Assembly (NCBI GenBank): GCA_902793245.1
Contig: CADBCX010000008.1
Location: 155 to 64,154, forward strand
Length of the DNA: 64,000 bases
Origin: an uncultured Eubacteriales bacterium
GTDB taxonomy: Bacteria; Bacillota; Clostridia; Christensenellales; Aristaeellaceae
Direction of reading: 5' to 3'
How positions within the stretch are numbered: position 1 is the first letter of the stretch; each line of letters opens with the position of its first letter. Below are positions 1-8,464 of this stretch, piece by piece. Both the position numbers and the translations under genes were made by a program. The notes under the pieces are model-generated. The model worked only from the letters and a program-made list of their open reading frames with translations, was not told where the DNA came from and ran no database searches.

Positions 1-305
1 CCGGCTGCGACGGCGTGGCCATTGGACGCGCCGCGCTGGGCAATCCCTGGATCTTCGCGGAGATCAAAGCGGCGCTGGCAGGGGAGAGCTACAGCCCGCC
101 GCCCTTCTCCCAGGTGATCGACACCGCCCTGCGCCAGGCCCGGGAAATGGCGGCATGGAAGGGCGAACGCAGCGCGCTGCTGGAAATGCGCAAGCATTTC
201 GCCTGGTATACCGCCGGACGGCGCAACTCCGCCCAGGTGCGCACCCGGGTCAACCTGGCTTCCTCCTTTGAAGAAGTGGAAACGCTTCTTCGGACGCTTG
301 AATAG
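1..305 (+). CDS. dusB: tRNA-dihydrouridine synthase, C-terminal fragment (gene starts upstream of window)
   Basis: ORF runs off the 5' edge. Tail GRAALGNPWIFAEIK...EMRKHFAWY is typical of the Dus family C-terminal region. TAG stop at 303-305. Confidence 0.75.
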   Translation, partial: GCDGVAIGRAALGNPWIFAEIKAALAGESYSPPPFSQVIDTALRQAREMAAWKGERSALLEMRKHFAWYTAGRRNSAQVRTRVNLASSFEEVETLLRTLE

Positions 306-309
306 CATA

Positions 310-470
310 TATTACTTCGGCAACTATATATGACCACGATCTGCTTGTCTAAAGCGCCAGCTGCTGTGTTGTCGTCGGTCGCCGATACTACGGCATCGCC
401 TCCCTCCTCCGCCTTGCATCTGTCGCTTTATCCTGCGCATCTCATTGGCAATATATAATTGCCGAAGTAA
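310..470. repeat. 22-bp AT-rich inverted repeat pair (21/22 match) flanking a 117-nt GC-rich spacer
   Basis: TATTACTTCGGCAACTATATAT at 310-331. Its reverse complement with one mismatch lies at 449-470. The right arm also contains the local palindrome GGCAAT-ATATA-ATTGCC. Confidence 0.6.
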
Positions 471-487
471 TAGAAAGGAACGTGACC

Positions 488-1924
488 ATGAGAAAACTGT
501 TTTGCCTGCTGCTGGCCCTGGCGCTGCTGTGCGCCGCCCTGCCCGCGTTTGCCGCGGAAACCGCGGAACTGGGCAAGCCCTTTCAGGACTTCACCGTAAC
601 CACCATTGAAGGGGAGATATTCACCCTCTCCGAAGCGCTGAAAACCCACGAGGCGGTGTATGTGAACCTGTTCGCCACCTGGTGCCCGCCCTGCGAGATG
701 GAGTTTCCTTACATGCAGCAGGCCTATGAGGAATACGGCGACCGGGTGGCGGTGATCGTGATTTCCATCGAGGAAACCGACAGCGCGGAAAAGCTGGCCG
801 AATACCGGGACAGCCACGGCCTGACCATGCCGATAGCGCCAGCGGGGGACGATTGGATCGCCCGGTACGCGGAAGCGTACTCCATTCCCGTGAGCATGAT
901 GATCGACCGCTTTGGCAGCCTGGCCCTGCGGCACACCGGCGCGGTGACGGACGCCGATTCCTTCCGCCGCATGTTCGAGGCTTTCCTGGGCGATAGCTAC
1001 AATGAAACCAAAACCTTCCAGGAAATCCCGAAGGCCACCCTGACCATGGAGTTCCCTTCGGATGAGGCGCTTTCCGCCGCCCTGAACGCCGAAGGCAGCG
1101 CCATTGCTTTCACCAGCGACCCCCTGCGCCAGGACTATCCTTTCCTGCCCGCGGAACAGGACGGGCAGACAGGCGTTTCCCCTTTCAACACGGATCAAAG
1201 GGGAGTCGATTTTTCCTGCCGGGCGCAGATCACCGCCCAGGCAGGGGACGCGCTGGCCTTTGAAGTGAGCTGCGACCTGGTTCTGGGCTCCAACAGCCTG
1301 CTGGTTGAAGTGGACGGCGAGATCATGAAGTATTTTATGGGCAGGCAGGATGGGCGCGCCTGTACGATTGCCCTGCCCGAAGGCGAACATGAAGTGCGGT
1401 TTGTTTACGAACAGTGGGAGCCCCAGGAAACCGGCAAGCCGTTCCTGACCCGGGCCAGGCTGCTGTCCGGCGGGGAAGCGGAAGCCGCGCTGGCGGCGCT
1501 GCCGGTGTATCCCGTCTTTGAAGCCGCTGATATCATCGTCAAAGATGAGGCCGCGAAGCGGGGCTATTTTGAATACATGGGGCAGCCCGCCCTGGCCGGG
1601 TGTGTGCTGAACGGCGGCACGGCGGACCTGGAACTGACAGTCGCTGCCGACGCCGACCCGGAAAATGTGTTCTTCCTTGATACGATGCGGCCCGATGACA
1701 TCATGCTACTGAGCAGCCTGCTCACGGAGGACGGCGCGGGCTATCATTACCGGATGCAGCTGGAACCGGAAGCCGGTTCCGCTTACGCTGTCATGCAATG
1801 TCTGTTTCCCCGCTTCACCGTCCAGCTCCTGATCATGCAGGATGCGGACGCCGTGCAGCAGGTGATCAGCGACTATGCGGCGCAGGGCTATGCCCTCACG
1901 TGGGTGCCGGAATCGGATGAATGA
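488..1924 (+). CDS. TlpA/ResA-like thiol-disulfide oxidoreductase with signal peptide and a ~300-aa C-terminal extension of unknown function
   Basis: Signal peptide LLLALALLCAALPAFA. WCPPC redox motif in a thioredoxin-fold context (VNLFATWCPPCEMEFPYM). ATG at 488 is 8 nt after AAAGGAA. Confidence 0.8.
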   Translation: MRKLFCLLLALALLCAALPAFAAETAELGKPFQDFTVTTIEGEIFTLSEALKTHEAVYVNLFATWCPPCEMEFPYMQQAYEEYGDRVAVIVISIEETDSAEKLAEYRDSHGLTMPIAPAGDDWIARYAEAYSIPVSMMIDRFGSLALRHTGAVTDADSFRRMFEAFLGDSYNETKTFQEIPKATLTMEFPSDEALSAALNAEGSAIAFTSDPLRQDYPFLPAEQDGQTGVSPFNTDQRGVDFSCRAQITAQAGDALAFEVSCDLVLGSNSLLVEVDGEIMKYFMGRQDGRACTIALPEGEHEVRFVYEQWEPQETGKPFLTRARLLSGGEAEAALAALPVYPVFEAADIIVKDEAAKRGYFEYMGQPALAGCVLNGGTADLELTVAADADPENVFFLDTMRPDDIMLLSSLLTEDGAGYHYRMQLEPEAGSAYAVMQCLFPRFTVQLLIMQDADAVQQVISDYAAQGYALTWVPESDE

Positions 1925-2138
1925 TTTCAATTCAGGGATTTCACCTCGAACAAAATATCCGCCACAGGCGGCTGTCCGAGGCTCGTTCCCTTCCGGGAAA
2001 GACGATAAAAACGCATTTTCCGGCAAGGATTCAGACGATGCGGAATGATCTGATTTTTGCTTTCCTGGAAGGGAACGGAGGGCAACTCCCCGAGTAACGA
2101 CTCATGAAACAAAAAACAGTTGAAATACACTTTGGGTA

Positions 2139-2167
2139 TTGACACAAAAAGGATGTTACGATATGAT
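2139..2167 (+). promoter_or_regulatory. sigma-A type promoter of the T-box operon
   Basis: TTGACA (2139-2144), 17-nt spacer, TATGAT (2162-2167). Confidence 0.55.
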
Positions 2168-2174
2168 TTGTATA

Positions 2175-2445
2175 CAAACCGTTGAAGCGGAGATCAAACC
2201 GTCGAGCGCACTCACAGAGAGCCGGGGAGGCTGGGAGCCCGGCAGAAAGCGGCGCGGCAAATGGACCGCTGAGGGAAAGGTGAACGGCGTTTTCGCCCGG
2301 TAGCCGGACCGTATGCCTGCGTTAAAGGCAGGAAATGTGTTGGCATTTCCGAAAGAGTGGATGAACGGATGCCCGTTTATCAACAAAGGTGGTACCGCAG
2401 AGCATATCCTGCCCTGTCCTTTGAAGAGGACAGGGCTGTTTTTAT
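2175..2445 (+). promoter_or_regulatory. T-box leader (tRNA-sensing riboswitch), probable Trp (UGG) specifier, with intrinsic terminator
   Basis: Stem I AG box AGAGAG (2216-2221). Distal loop GGCUGGGAGCC (2229-2239). Base helix AGCGG (2186-2190) pairs with CCGCU (2266-2270), with UGG-A (2262-2265) immediately 5' of it. T-box sequence AAAGGUGGUACCGCAG (2385-2400). Terminator GCCCTGTCC/GGACAGGGC plus T-run (2411-2443). Confidence 0.8.
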
Positions 2446-2465
2446 TGATAAGGAGGCGTGTTCCC

Positions 2466-2774
2466 ATGGCGATCCGGCATCTGGTGCTGATGCGGCTCAA
2501 ACCCGGCGTGTTCACAGAGGAAGCCCGGCAGGATTATATCGATACCTTCGCGGCCCTGAAAGCGGCGCTGCCCGAGGATGTGCTGGACGCGAAGGTATAC
2601 GAAAACCTGGTGGACCGGCCCCAGAACATGACGGTGATGGTGGAAATGATTTTGAAGGACGAAGCCAGCCTGCCCAAGTATTTGCAGCACCCCCTGCACC
2701 AGGGCATCGGCCGGCGGTACAACCCCTTCGTGGAAGCTATTGCTTCCTTTGACTGCGAGGTGAGCGAGCCATGA
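2466..2774 (+). CDS. Dabb (stress-responsive alpha/beta-barrel) domain protein
   Basis: 102 aa. N-terminus MAIRHLVLMRLKPG is typical of Dabb proteins. RBS AAGGAGG at 2450-2456. Stop overlaps the next start (ATGA at 2771-2774). Confidence 0.7.
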   Translation: MAIRHLVLMRLKPGVFTEEARQDYIDTFAALKAALPEDVLDAKVYENLVDRPQNMTVMVEMILKDEASLPKYLQHPLHQGIGRRYNPFVEAIASFDCEVSEP

Positions 2775-3865
2775 TTCAGTCCATGCCGAATTACTCCCTC
2801 CGCCTCCCCGCCTGGACGGTGGGCACGGACGCCCTGAACGCGATGAAAGACGTGATCCCCGCCGGGCAGAAGGCCGTGGTCATCGGCGGTAAAAAAGGCA
2901 CCGCCGCTATCCGGGAACGGCTGGAAAAGGCGGCGGCAGGGCATGTATCCCTGCTGGATTTCCTCTGGTACGGCGGCGAAGCATCGGAAGGAAACATTCA
3001 GATGCTGGCCGCAAAAGACGCCGTTCAGCGGGCGGACATGATCTTCGCTGTGGGCGGCGGCAAGGCCCTGGACACCTGCAAGGCGCTGGGGCTGCGCATC
3101 GGCAAACCGGTCTACGCTTTCCCGACCATCGCTTCCACCTGCGCCGCCTGCACCGCCGTGGCGATTCTCTACCACCCCGACGGCAGCTTTGCCGGGCCCT
3201 GCTTCCTGCCCGGGCCGCCCGCCCATACCTTTATTGATACGGAGGTGATCGCATCCGCGCCGCCGCGGTACTTGTGGGCCGGGCTGGGCGACACCTACGC
3301 CAAGTATTTTGAATCCTCGGTGTCCAGCCGCGCGGACGACCTGGCCTACTACCACGCCTTAGGCGTCAGCGTCAGCCGCTCCTGCCTCGATCCCCTGCTG
3401 CAATACGGGGAGAAGGCGTACCGCGACCATCTGGAAAAGCAGGTGACGGAGGAGCTGACCCAGGTGATCCTGACCATCATCGTCACCACCGCCGTCGCCT
3501 CCATCCTGCTGACAGCGGACAAAATCATCGACTACAACACCGGCCTGGCCCACGCCGTGTTCTATGCCCTGACCGCGTTCCCGGAATTGCACATGGAGCG
3601 CGACCATCTCCACGGCGAAGTGGTGGGCTTCGGGGTGCTGATCCTGCTGCTGGCCGACGGCCAGGAGGACATGTTCCAAAAGATGTATGCTTTCAACCGT
3701 TCCGTGGGCCTGCCCACCCGGCTGGAGGATATCGGCATCACGGAAAAAGACCTGGAACGGGTGCTGCCCAAGGTGCTGTCCATGCCCGATATCGCCCACA
3801 ATCCCTACCCCGTCACGCTTGATATGCTGTCCGGCGCGTTCCGGCGGCTGAAAGAAATGCATTAA
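2771..3865 (+). CDS. iron-containing alcohol dehydrogenase family protein (glycerol dehydrogenase-like)
   Basis: 364 aa. AVGGGKALDTCKA nucleotide-binding motif and later His-rich metal-site region (HAVFYAL, HLHGEVVGFG). Confidence 0.8.
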   Translation: MIQSMPNYSLRLPAWTVGTDALNAMKDVIPAGQKAVVIGGKKGTAAIRERLEKAAAGHVSLLDFLWYGGEASEGNIQMLAAKDAVQRADMIFAVGGGKALDTCKALGLRIGKPVYAFPTIASTCAACTAVAILYHPDGSFAGPCFLPGPPAHTFIDTEVIASAPPRYLWAGLGDTYAKYFESSVSSRADDLAYYHALGVSVSRSCLDPLLQYGEKAYRDHLEKQVTEELTQVILTIIVTTAVASILLTADKIIDYNTGLAHAVFYALTAFPELHMERDHLHGEVVGFGVLILLLADGQEDMFQKMYAFNRSVGLPTRLEDIGITEKDLERVLPKVLSMPDIAHNPYPVTLDMLSGAFRRLKEMH

Positions 3866-3880
3866 GAGGAGGACAAGAAA

Positions 3881-4864
3881 ATGAAAAAGCTGGTATCTTT
3901 GCTGATGGCTTTGACCCTGGTGCTCTGCTGCGTGTGCGGCGTTTCCGCGGAAGACAAGAAGCAGTACAAGATCGGTATCGTATTGATGATCGAAAACGGC
4001 GCGTTCGTGGACATGAAGAACGGCGTCATCAAGGGCCTGAATGACCTGGGCTATGTGGAAGGCGACAACCTGACCATTGACTACCAGTGCGCCCAGGGCG
4101 ACGCCACCAACCTGCAGACCATCTGCCAGAACATGGACGACGGCAGCTACGACCTGGTCGTGACCGTCGCCACCCCGCCCACCCAGGCGTTCGTCGGCCT
4201 GGAATCCAAGACCCCCAACGTGTTCTGCTCCGTGGCCGCGCCTGTTGTGGCGGGCGTCATGAGCGCCCTGGACACCCCGGACATGAACGCCACCGGCACC
4301 TCCAACGCCATTCCCGCGGGCGACATCATCGGCCTGGGCCTGCAAATCACCCCCGACGTGAAAACCTTCGGCCTGGTGTACTCCACCAGCGAAGTGAACG
4401 CCGTCAACGCCATGAACAACGCCAAGGCGTTCCTGACCGAAAACGGCTACAAGTTCATCGAAAAGACCGTCGCCAATTCCGGCGAGGTGCAGACCGCCAC
4501 CCAGGCCGTGCTGGAACAGGGCGCGGACGTGCTCTTTGTGGCGAATGACTCCGTGGTGCAGGCCGCCGTGGATATCCTGGCCGAGCTGTGCACCGAGGCG
4601 GGCGTGCCCACCTACTGCTGCTCCGCCACCACCGTCAAGTCCGGGTGCCTTGCCACCCTGGCCATGAGCGATGAGTACATCGGCATCGTCACCGCGGGCA
4701 TCGCCGCCCAGGTGCTTTCCGGCACCCCCGTCGCCGACATCCCCGCCATCGTGGTGCCCGCCGATATCGTGTCCGTCAACAGCGACACCCTCGCCGCTCT
4801 GGGGCTCACCCTGCCCGAATCCGTGCTGGCGATGGGCGAAGTGCAGTATCTGAAGGCGGAATAA
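3881..4864 (+). CDS. ABC transporter substrate-binding lipoprotein (ABC_sub_bind/TrpX-like family)
   Basis: Lipoprotein-like signal LTLVLCCVCG. The periplasmic-binding fold pattern resembles the family paired with BPD_transp_2 permeases. Confidence 0.75.
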   Translation: MKKLVSLLMALTLVLCCVCGVSAEDKKQYKIGIVLMIENGAFVDMKNGVIKGLNDLGYVEGDNLTIDYQCAQGDATNLQTICQNMDDGSYDLVVTVATPPTQAFVGLESKTPNVFCSVAAPVVAGVMSALDTPDMNATGTSNAIPAGDIIGLGLQITPDVKTFGLVYSTSEVNAVNAMNNAKAFLTENGYKFIEKTVANSGEVQTATQAVLEQGADVLFVANDSVVQAAVDILAELCTEAGVPTYCCSATTVKSGCLATLAMSDEYIGIVTAGIAAQVLSGTPVADIPAIVVPADIVSVNSDTLAALGLTLPESVLAMGEVQYLKAE

Positions 4865-4871
4865 AAATTTA

Positions 4872-4963
4872 AGAGAACAGAGTACAGAGTTCAGTGTACA
4901 GATGATATAGCTTGGCGTCATGCTCACGAAAATCTGTACTCTGCACTCTGTACTCTGCACTCT
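4872..4963 (+). repeat. heptad-array hairpin repeat, copy 1 (GAGTNCA tandem heptamers / loop / TGNACTC heptamers)
   Basis: The 31-nt arms (4872-4902 and 4933-4963) are complementary at 27/31 positions. Same architecture as 15367-15477 and 19547-19650. Confidence 0.85.
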
Positions 4964-5017
4964 CGTTCCTCTCCCAGACAGAAAATCAACAACTGTTGAA
5001 AAAAGGACTGACCAGCC

Positions 5018-5911
5018 ATGAAACTATTGATCGGCTCGCTCCAGCTGGGGCTTTTGTACGGCATCCTGGCGCTGGGGATTTACATCAGCTTCCGCATCCT
5101 GTCGGTGCCCGACCTGACCACGGAAGGCAGCTTTGCCTTCGGCCTGTCGGTATCCGCCGCCATCACCGCCGCGGGGCATCCTGTGCTGGCGGTGTTTGCC
5201 GCGATGCTGGCCGGCGCCCTGGCGGGCAGCGTGACGGGCCTGCTGCAGACCCGGTTCAAAATCCATCCGATTTTATCCGGGATCATCACCATGAGCGGGC
5301 TGTATTCCATCAACCTGGCGGTGCTGGGCGGGTCGCCCAACCTGTCGCTGGTGCGGGCCGCGACGCTGTTCAAGCTCATTCCTTTCCTGAGCAAAAACGA
5401 CGCCATGACCGCGCTGCCCATCGTGGCGGCGCTGGTGTTCCTGGTGCTGGTCATCCTGTTTTTCCACACCCACATCGGCATGTGCATCCGCGCCGTGGGC
5501 GACAATGAGGACATGGTGCGGGCGTCCTCCATCAACGTGAACGCCTGCAAGGTGCTGTCCTTCTCCGTGTCCAACGCGCTGATTGCCCTGTCCGGCGCGC
5601 TCATCGCCCAGTACCAGGGCTACGCGGATATTTCCTCCAGCACCGGCATCCTGGTGGTGGGCCTGGCCTCGGTCATTATCGGGGAAGCGATTTTCGGCAG
5701 GCGCAGCGTCACGCTGGGCTTCATTTCCGCCGTGGCGGGTTCCCTGATTTACCGCTACATCATCGCCTTAGCGACGCGGTACAGCCCCCTGCCCGCTTAT
5801 ATGCTCAAGCTGGTGTCGGCGGTGATCGTGGCGCTGGCCCTCATGATCCCCGCGCTGCGGGAGAACGTGCGGAAAAACCGCCAGAAGCAGGGAGGGAAAG
5901 CCCATGCTTGA
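5018..5911 (+). CDS. ABC transporter permease (branched-chain/sugar BPD_transp_2-type)
   Basis: 297 aa, multi-TM, hydrophobic throughout. Adjacent to the SBP and ATPase. End overlaps the next gene. Confidence 0.85.
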   Translation: MKLLIGSLQLGLLYGILALGIYISFRILSVPDLTTEGSFAFGLSVSAAITAAGHPVLAVFAAMLAGALAGSVTGLLQTRFKIHPILSGIITMSGLYSINLAVLGGSPNLSLVRAATLFKLIPFLSKNDAMTALPIVAALVFLVLVILFFHTHIGMCIRAVGDNEDMVRASSINVNACKVLSFSVSNALIALSGALIAQYQGYADISSSTGILVVGLASVIIGEAIFGRRSVTLGFISAVAGSLIYRYIIALATRYSPLPAYMLKLVSAVIVALALMIPALRENVRKNRQKQGGKAHA

Positions 5912-6707
5912 TATTCGGAACGCGGTCAAGATTTTTGAACGGGGCACCTCCCTGGAACACACCGCCCTGAACCGCCTGAACCTGCATTTGGACGCGGAGG
6001 AGTTCGTCACCATCATCGGCTCCAACGGCGCGGGCAAGTCCACGCTGTTCAACGCCATCTGCGGCACCTTTCTTTTGGATGAGGGTTCCATCGTGCTGGC
6101 CGGGCAGGACATCACCTATTTGAAGGAGCACCGCCGGGCGCTGAGCATCGGCCGGGTGTTCCAGGATCCCATGAAGGGCACCGCGCCTCACATGACCATC
6201 GAGGAAAACCTGAGCCTGGCCTATTCCCGCGCCACTGCCAAGCCGCTGAGCTTCGCCCCTTCCCGCAAGCAGGTGGCGCTGTTTAAGGAACGGATCGCCG
6301 AATTCGGCATGGGCCTGGAGGATCGGATGAAGACCCGGGTGGGCCTGCTCTCCGGCGGCCAGCGCCAGGCGGTGACGCTGCTGATGTGCACCATCGTGCC
6401 GCCCAAGCTGCTCCTGCTGGACGAGCACACCGCCGCCCTCGACCCCGCCACCGCCGACAAGGTGATGGACATCACCCGCCGCACCGTGGCCCAGTACCGC
6501 CTGACCACCCTGATGATCACCCACAACATCGCCTCCGCCCTGTCCACCGGCACCCGCACCATCATGATGGATGAGGGGCAGATTCTGTTCGACATTTCCG
6601 GCGGGGAGCGCGCCAATACCACCGTGGACGACTTGCTGCGCTCCTACTCCGCCAGCCGCCACAAGGCGCTGGACAACGACCGGATGCTGCTGCAGGACAA
6701 ACGGTGA
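5904..6707 (+). CDS. ABC transporter ATP-binding protein
   Basis: Walker A GSNGAGKST, signature LSGGQRQA, Walker B LLLLDEHTAALD. Confidence 0.9.
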   Translation: MLDIRNAVKIFERGTSLEHTALNRLNLHLDAEEFVTIIGSNGAGKSTLFNAICGTFLLDEGSIVLAGQDITYLKEHRRALSIGRVFQDPMKGTAPHMTIEENLSLAYSRATAKPLSFAPSRKQVALFKERIAEFGMGLEDRMKTRVGLLSGGQRQAVTLLMCTIVPPKLLLLDEHTAALDPATADKVMDITRRTVAQYRLTTLMITHNIASALSTGTRTIMMDEGQILFDISGGERANTTVDDLLRSYSASRHKALDNDRMLLQDKR

Positions 6708-6721
6708 TAATCCTTCTCAAA

Positions 6722-6753
6722 AACGCTGCCATTTTTCGGCGGCGTTTTTTGTT
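6722..6753 (+). terminator. intrinsic terminator of the T-box/ABC operon
   Basis: AACGCTGCC-loop-GGCGGCGTT followed by a T-run. Confidence 0.6.
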
Positions 6754-6785
6754 TAGAAAGAGGCGGTATGGCTTCATTTTCATTG

Positions 6786-6835
6786 AATGTATAATATGGT
6801 CAAACTATTTTTTAGATTTGACCATATTATACATT
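6786..6835. promoter_or_regulatory. perfect 19-bp AT-rich palindrome (candidate operator) upstream of GH43
   Basis: AATGTATAATATGGTCAAA (6786-6804) and its exact reverse complement (6817-6835), with a 12-nt spacer. A third related half-site lies at 6869-6883. Confidence 0.55.
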
Positions 6836-6843
6836 TTAACCTA

Positions 6844-6872
6844 TTGCAAAATCAAAAGTGTTGTGATAGAAT
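6844..6872 (+). promoter_or_regulatory. candidate promoter of the GH43/sugar-uptake locus
   Basis: TTGCAA (6844-6849), 17-nt spacer, TAGAAT (6867-6872), with a TG at the extended -10 position. Confidence 0.45.
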
Positions 6873-6944
6873 GTATATATTGGAATAGAAGTGGCGGAAT
6901 CGTGAGGGCGGGCAGCCGTTTTCGCCACAGAGGAGGAACGGCTG

Positions 6945-8408
6945 ATGCGGTACACCAACCCCATTCTCCTGGGCGATTATTCTGACCCGGACGTGATTCG
7001 CGTCGGCGAGGATTTCTATATGATCTCCTCCTCCTTCACGTATGTCCCCGGCATCCCGGTGCTGCACTCCCGCGACCTGGTTCACTGGGAGCTGATCGGC
7101 TATGCCGCACGCCATCTGCCCTTCCCCCAGTACGACAAGCCCGCGCATAAGCGCGGCCTTTGGGCCCCCAGCCTGCGCTACCACAACGGCACGTTTTACG
7201 TGTACGTGTGCATGCCGGACGAGGGGCTTTTTGCGTTCACCGCCAAGGACCCGGCGGGGGAATGGGAATGCCATTATATCAAGGACGTGACCGGCTGGAT
7301 CGACCCCTGCCCGCTGTTTGACGACGACGGCCGGGCCTGGCTGGTGCACGCCTTCGCCGCCAGCCGCGCGGGGATTAACAACGTTTTGTATGTACACAAG
7401 ATGAGCGCCGACGGCCTGACGGTCATCGACAAGGGCCGCATGGTGTACGACGGCGGCGACCACGACGATATTACCGTGGAAGGGCCGAAAATCTATAAAC
7501 GCGAAGGCAAGTACTGGATCCTCTGCCCCGCGGGCAGCGTGAAGCCCGGCTACCAGCTGGCTCTGCGGGCGGACAATATCTATGGCCCCTACGAGCGCCG
7601 GGTGGTGCTGAGCCAGGGAAACACGCCCATCAACGGCCCCCATCAGGGCGGCTGGGTGGACGACGGAAAAGGCAAGGACTGGTTCATCCACTTCCAGGAC
7701 ATGGACGCCTACGGCCGGGTGGCGCACTTGCAGCCCGTGGACTGGTCGGACGGCTGGCCCGTGATGGGAAAGAAGGGCTCGCCTGTGCTGGGCGGCACCA
7801 TCGACCTGCCCCCCTTTGGCGGGGAGATTCCCACCTCCGATGATTTCCAGAACGGCCTGGGCATCCAGTGGCAGTGGCAGGCGAACCCCAATAAGAGCTG
7901 GTACACGGAATTGAACCCCGGCCTGCGGCTCCACGCCGCCCCCGCGCCCAGCTTGTTTGAAGCGGGAAACTTCTTAAGCCAGCTCATGCAGAGCCACGAC
8001 TTTGACATGGACGCGGTGTTCTGGACCCACGCCCAGGACGGCGACATTTCCGGCATCGGCATGATGGGCTATACCTATTATTATATCGCCCTGGGCCAGG
8101 GCCGGGTCAGCCTGAAAATGGGCATGGTGAATGAAATCAGCCGCTGGGTGCCTGACCGGGTGACCGAAACGCCCATCTCGGAAATCATGTGGCCCTATGC
8201 CGAAATCCTCCTGCGGATGCGGGTGCGGCGCGGCAACGTGAGCTTTTACTACGGCGAAGGCCAGCAGTCCATGCGGCCCCTGGGCGGGGAATACCCCATG
8301 ACCTGCGGCGGCTGGACCGGCGCGCGCCCCGGCATCTTCACCCTCAACACCCTGGGAAGATGGGGCGGCTGGGCGGACGTGAAGTACGTCAAAATCACGA
8401 ACCTTTGA
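6945..8408 (+). CDS. glycoside hydrolase family 43 (beta-xylosidase/alpha-L-arabinofuranosidase type), no signal peptide
   Basis: N-terminus MRYTNPILLGDYSDPDVIRVGEDFYMISSSF is classic GH43, followed by a C-terminal beta-sandwich domain. Confidence 0.85.
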   Translation: MRYTNPILLGDYSDPDVIRVGEDFYMISSSFTYVPGIPVLHSRDLVHWELIGYAARHLPFPQYDKPAHKRGLWAPSLRYHNGTFYVYVCMPDEGLFAFTAKDPAGEWECHYIKDVTGWIDPCPLFDDDGRAWLVHAFAASRAGINNVLYVHKMSADGLTVIDKGRMVYDGGDHDDITVEGPKIYKREGKYWILCPAGSVKPGYQLALRADNIYGPYERRVVLSQGNTPINGPHQGGWVDDGKGKDWFIHFQDMDAYGRVAHLQPVDWSDGWPVMGKKGSPVLGGTIDLPPFGGEIPTSDDFQNGLGIQWQWQANPNKSWYTELNPGLRLHAAPAPSLFEAGNFLSQLMQSHDFDMDAVFWTHAQDGDISGIGMMGYTYYYIALGQGRVSLKMGMVNEISRWVPDRVTETPISEIMWPYAEILLRMRVRRGNVSFYYGEGQQSMRPLGGEYPMTCGGWTGARPGIFTLNTLGRWGGWADVKYVKITNL

Positions 8409-8464
8409 ACTCTCCCTGCCTTACGCAATCAACAAAGAACCATTTCAAAAGGGGCTGCTGAAAA

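Noticed and set aside
2261-2263. AUG (Met) as an alternative T-box specifier codon
   Set aside because: AUG overlaps UGG by two nucleotides, but it would leave two unpaired nucleotides before the base helix instead of the single conserved purine. The downstream transporter type fits predicted Trp systems rather than MetNPQ. I kept it as a stated alternative needing covariance-model alignment.
3359-4960. 533-aa minus-strand ORF. Similar long antisense ORFs occur at 8429-9925, 9962-11023, 13255-14607, 19699-21024, 22482-24065, 24035-25396, 25746-27404, 43503-44432 and 44873-45883.
   Set aside because: All lie opposite genes with recognisable families. They have skewed low-complexity composition and lack Shine-Dalgarno sequences, so I treat them as GC-driven spurious ORFs.
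4872-4963. Whether the heptad arrays (also 15367-15477 and 19547-19650) could be CRISPR-like arrays or coding repeats
   Set aside because: The period is only 7 nt with no spacers. The two halves are mutually complementary, so they form a hairpin. The overlapping ORFs (for example 4912-5508) have no coding character, and there are no cas genes in the window.
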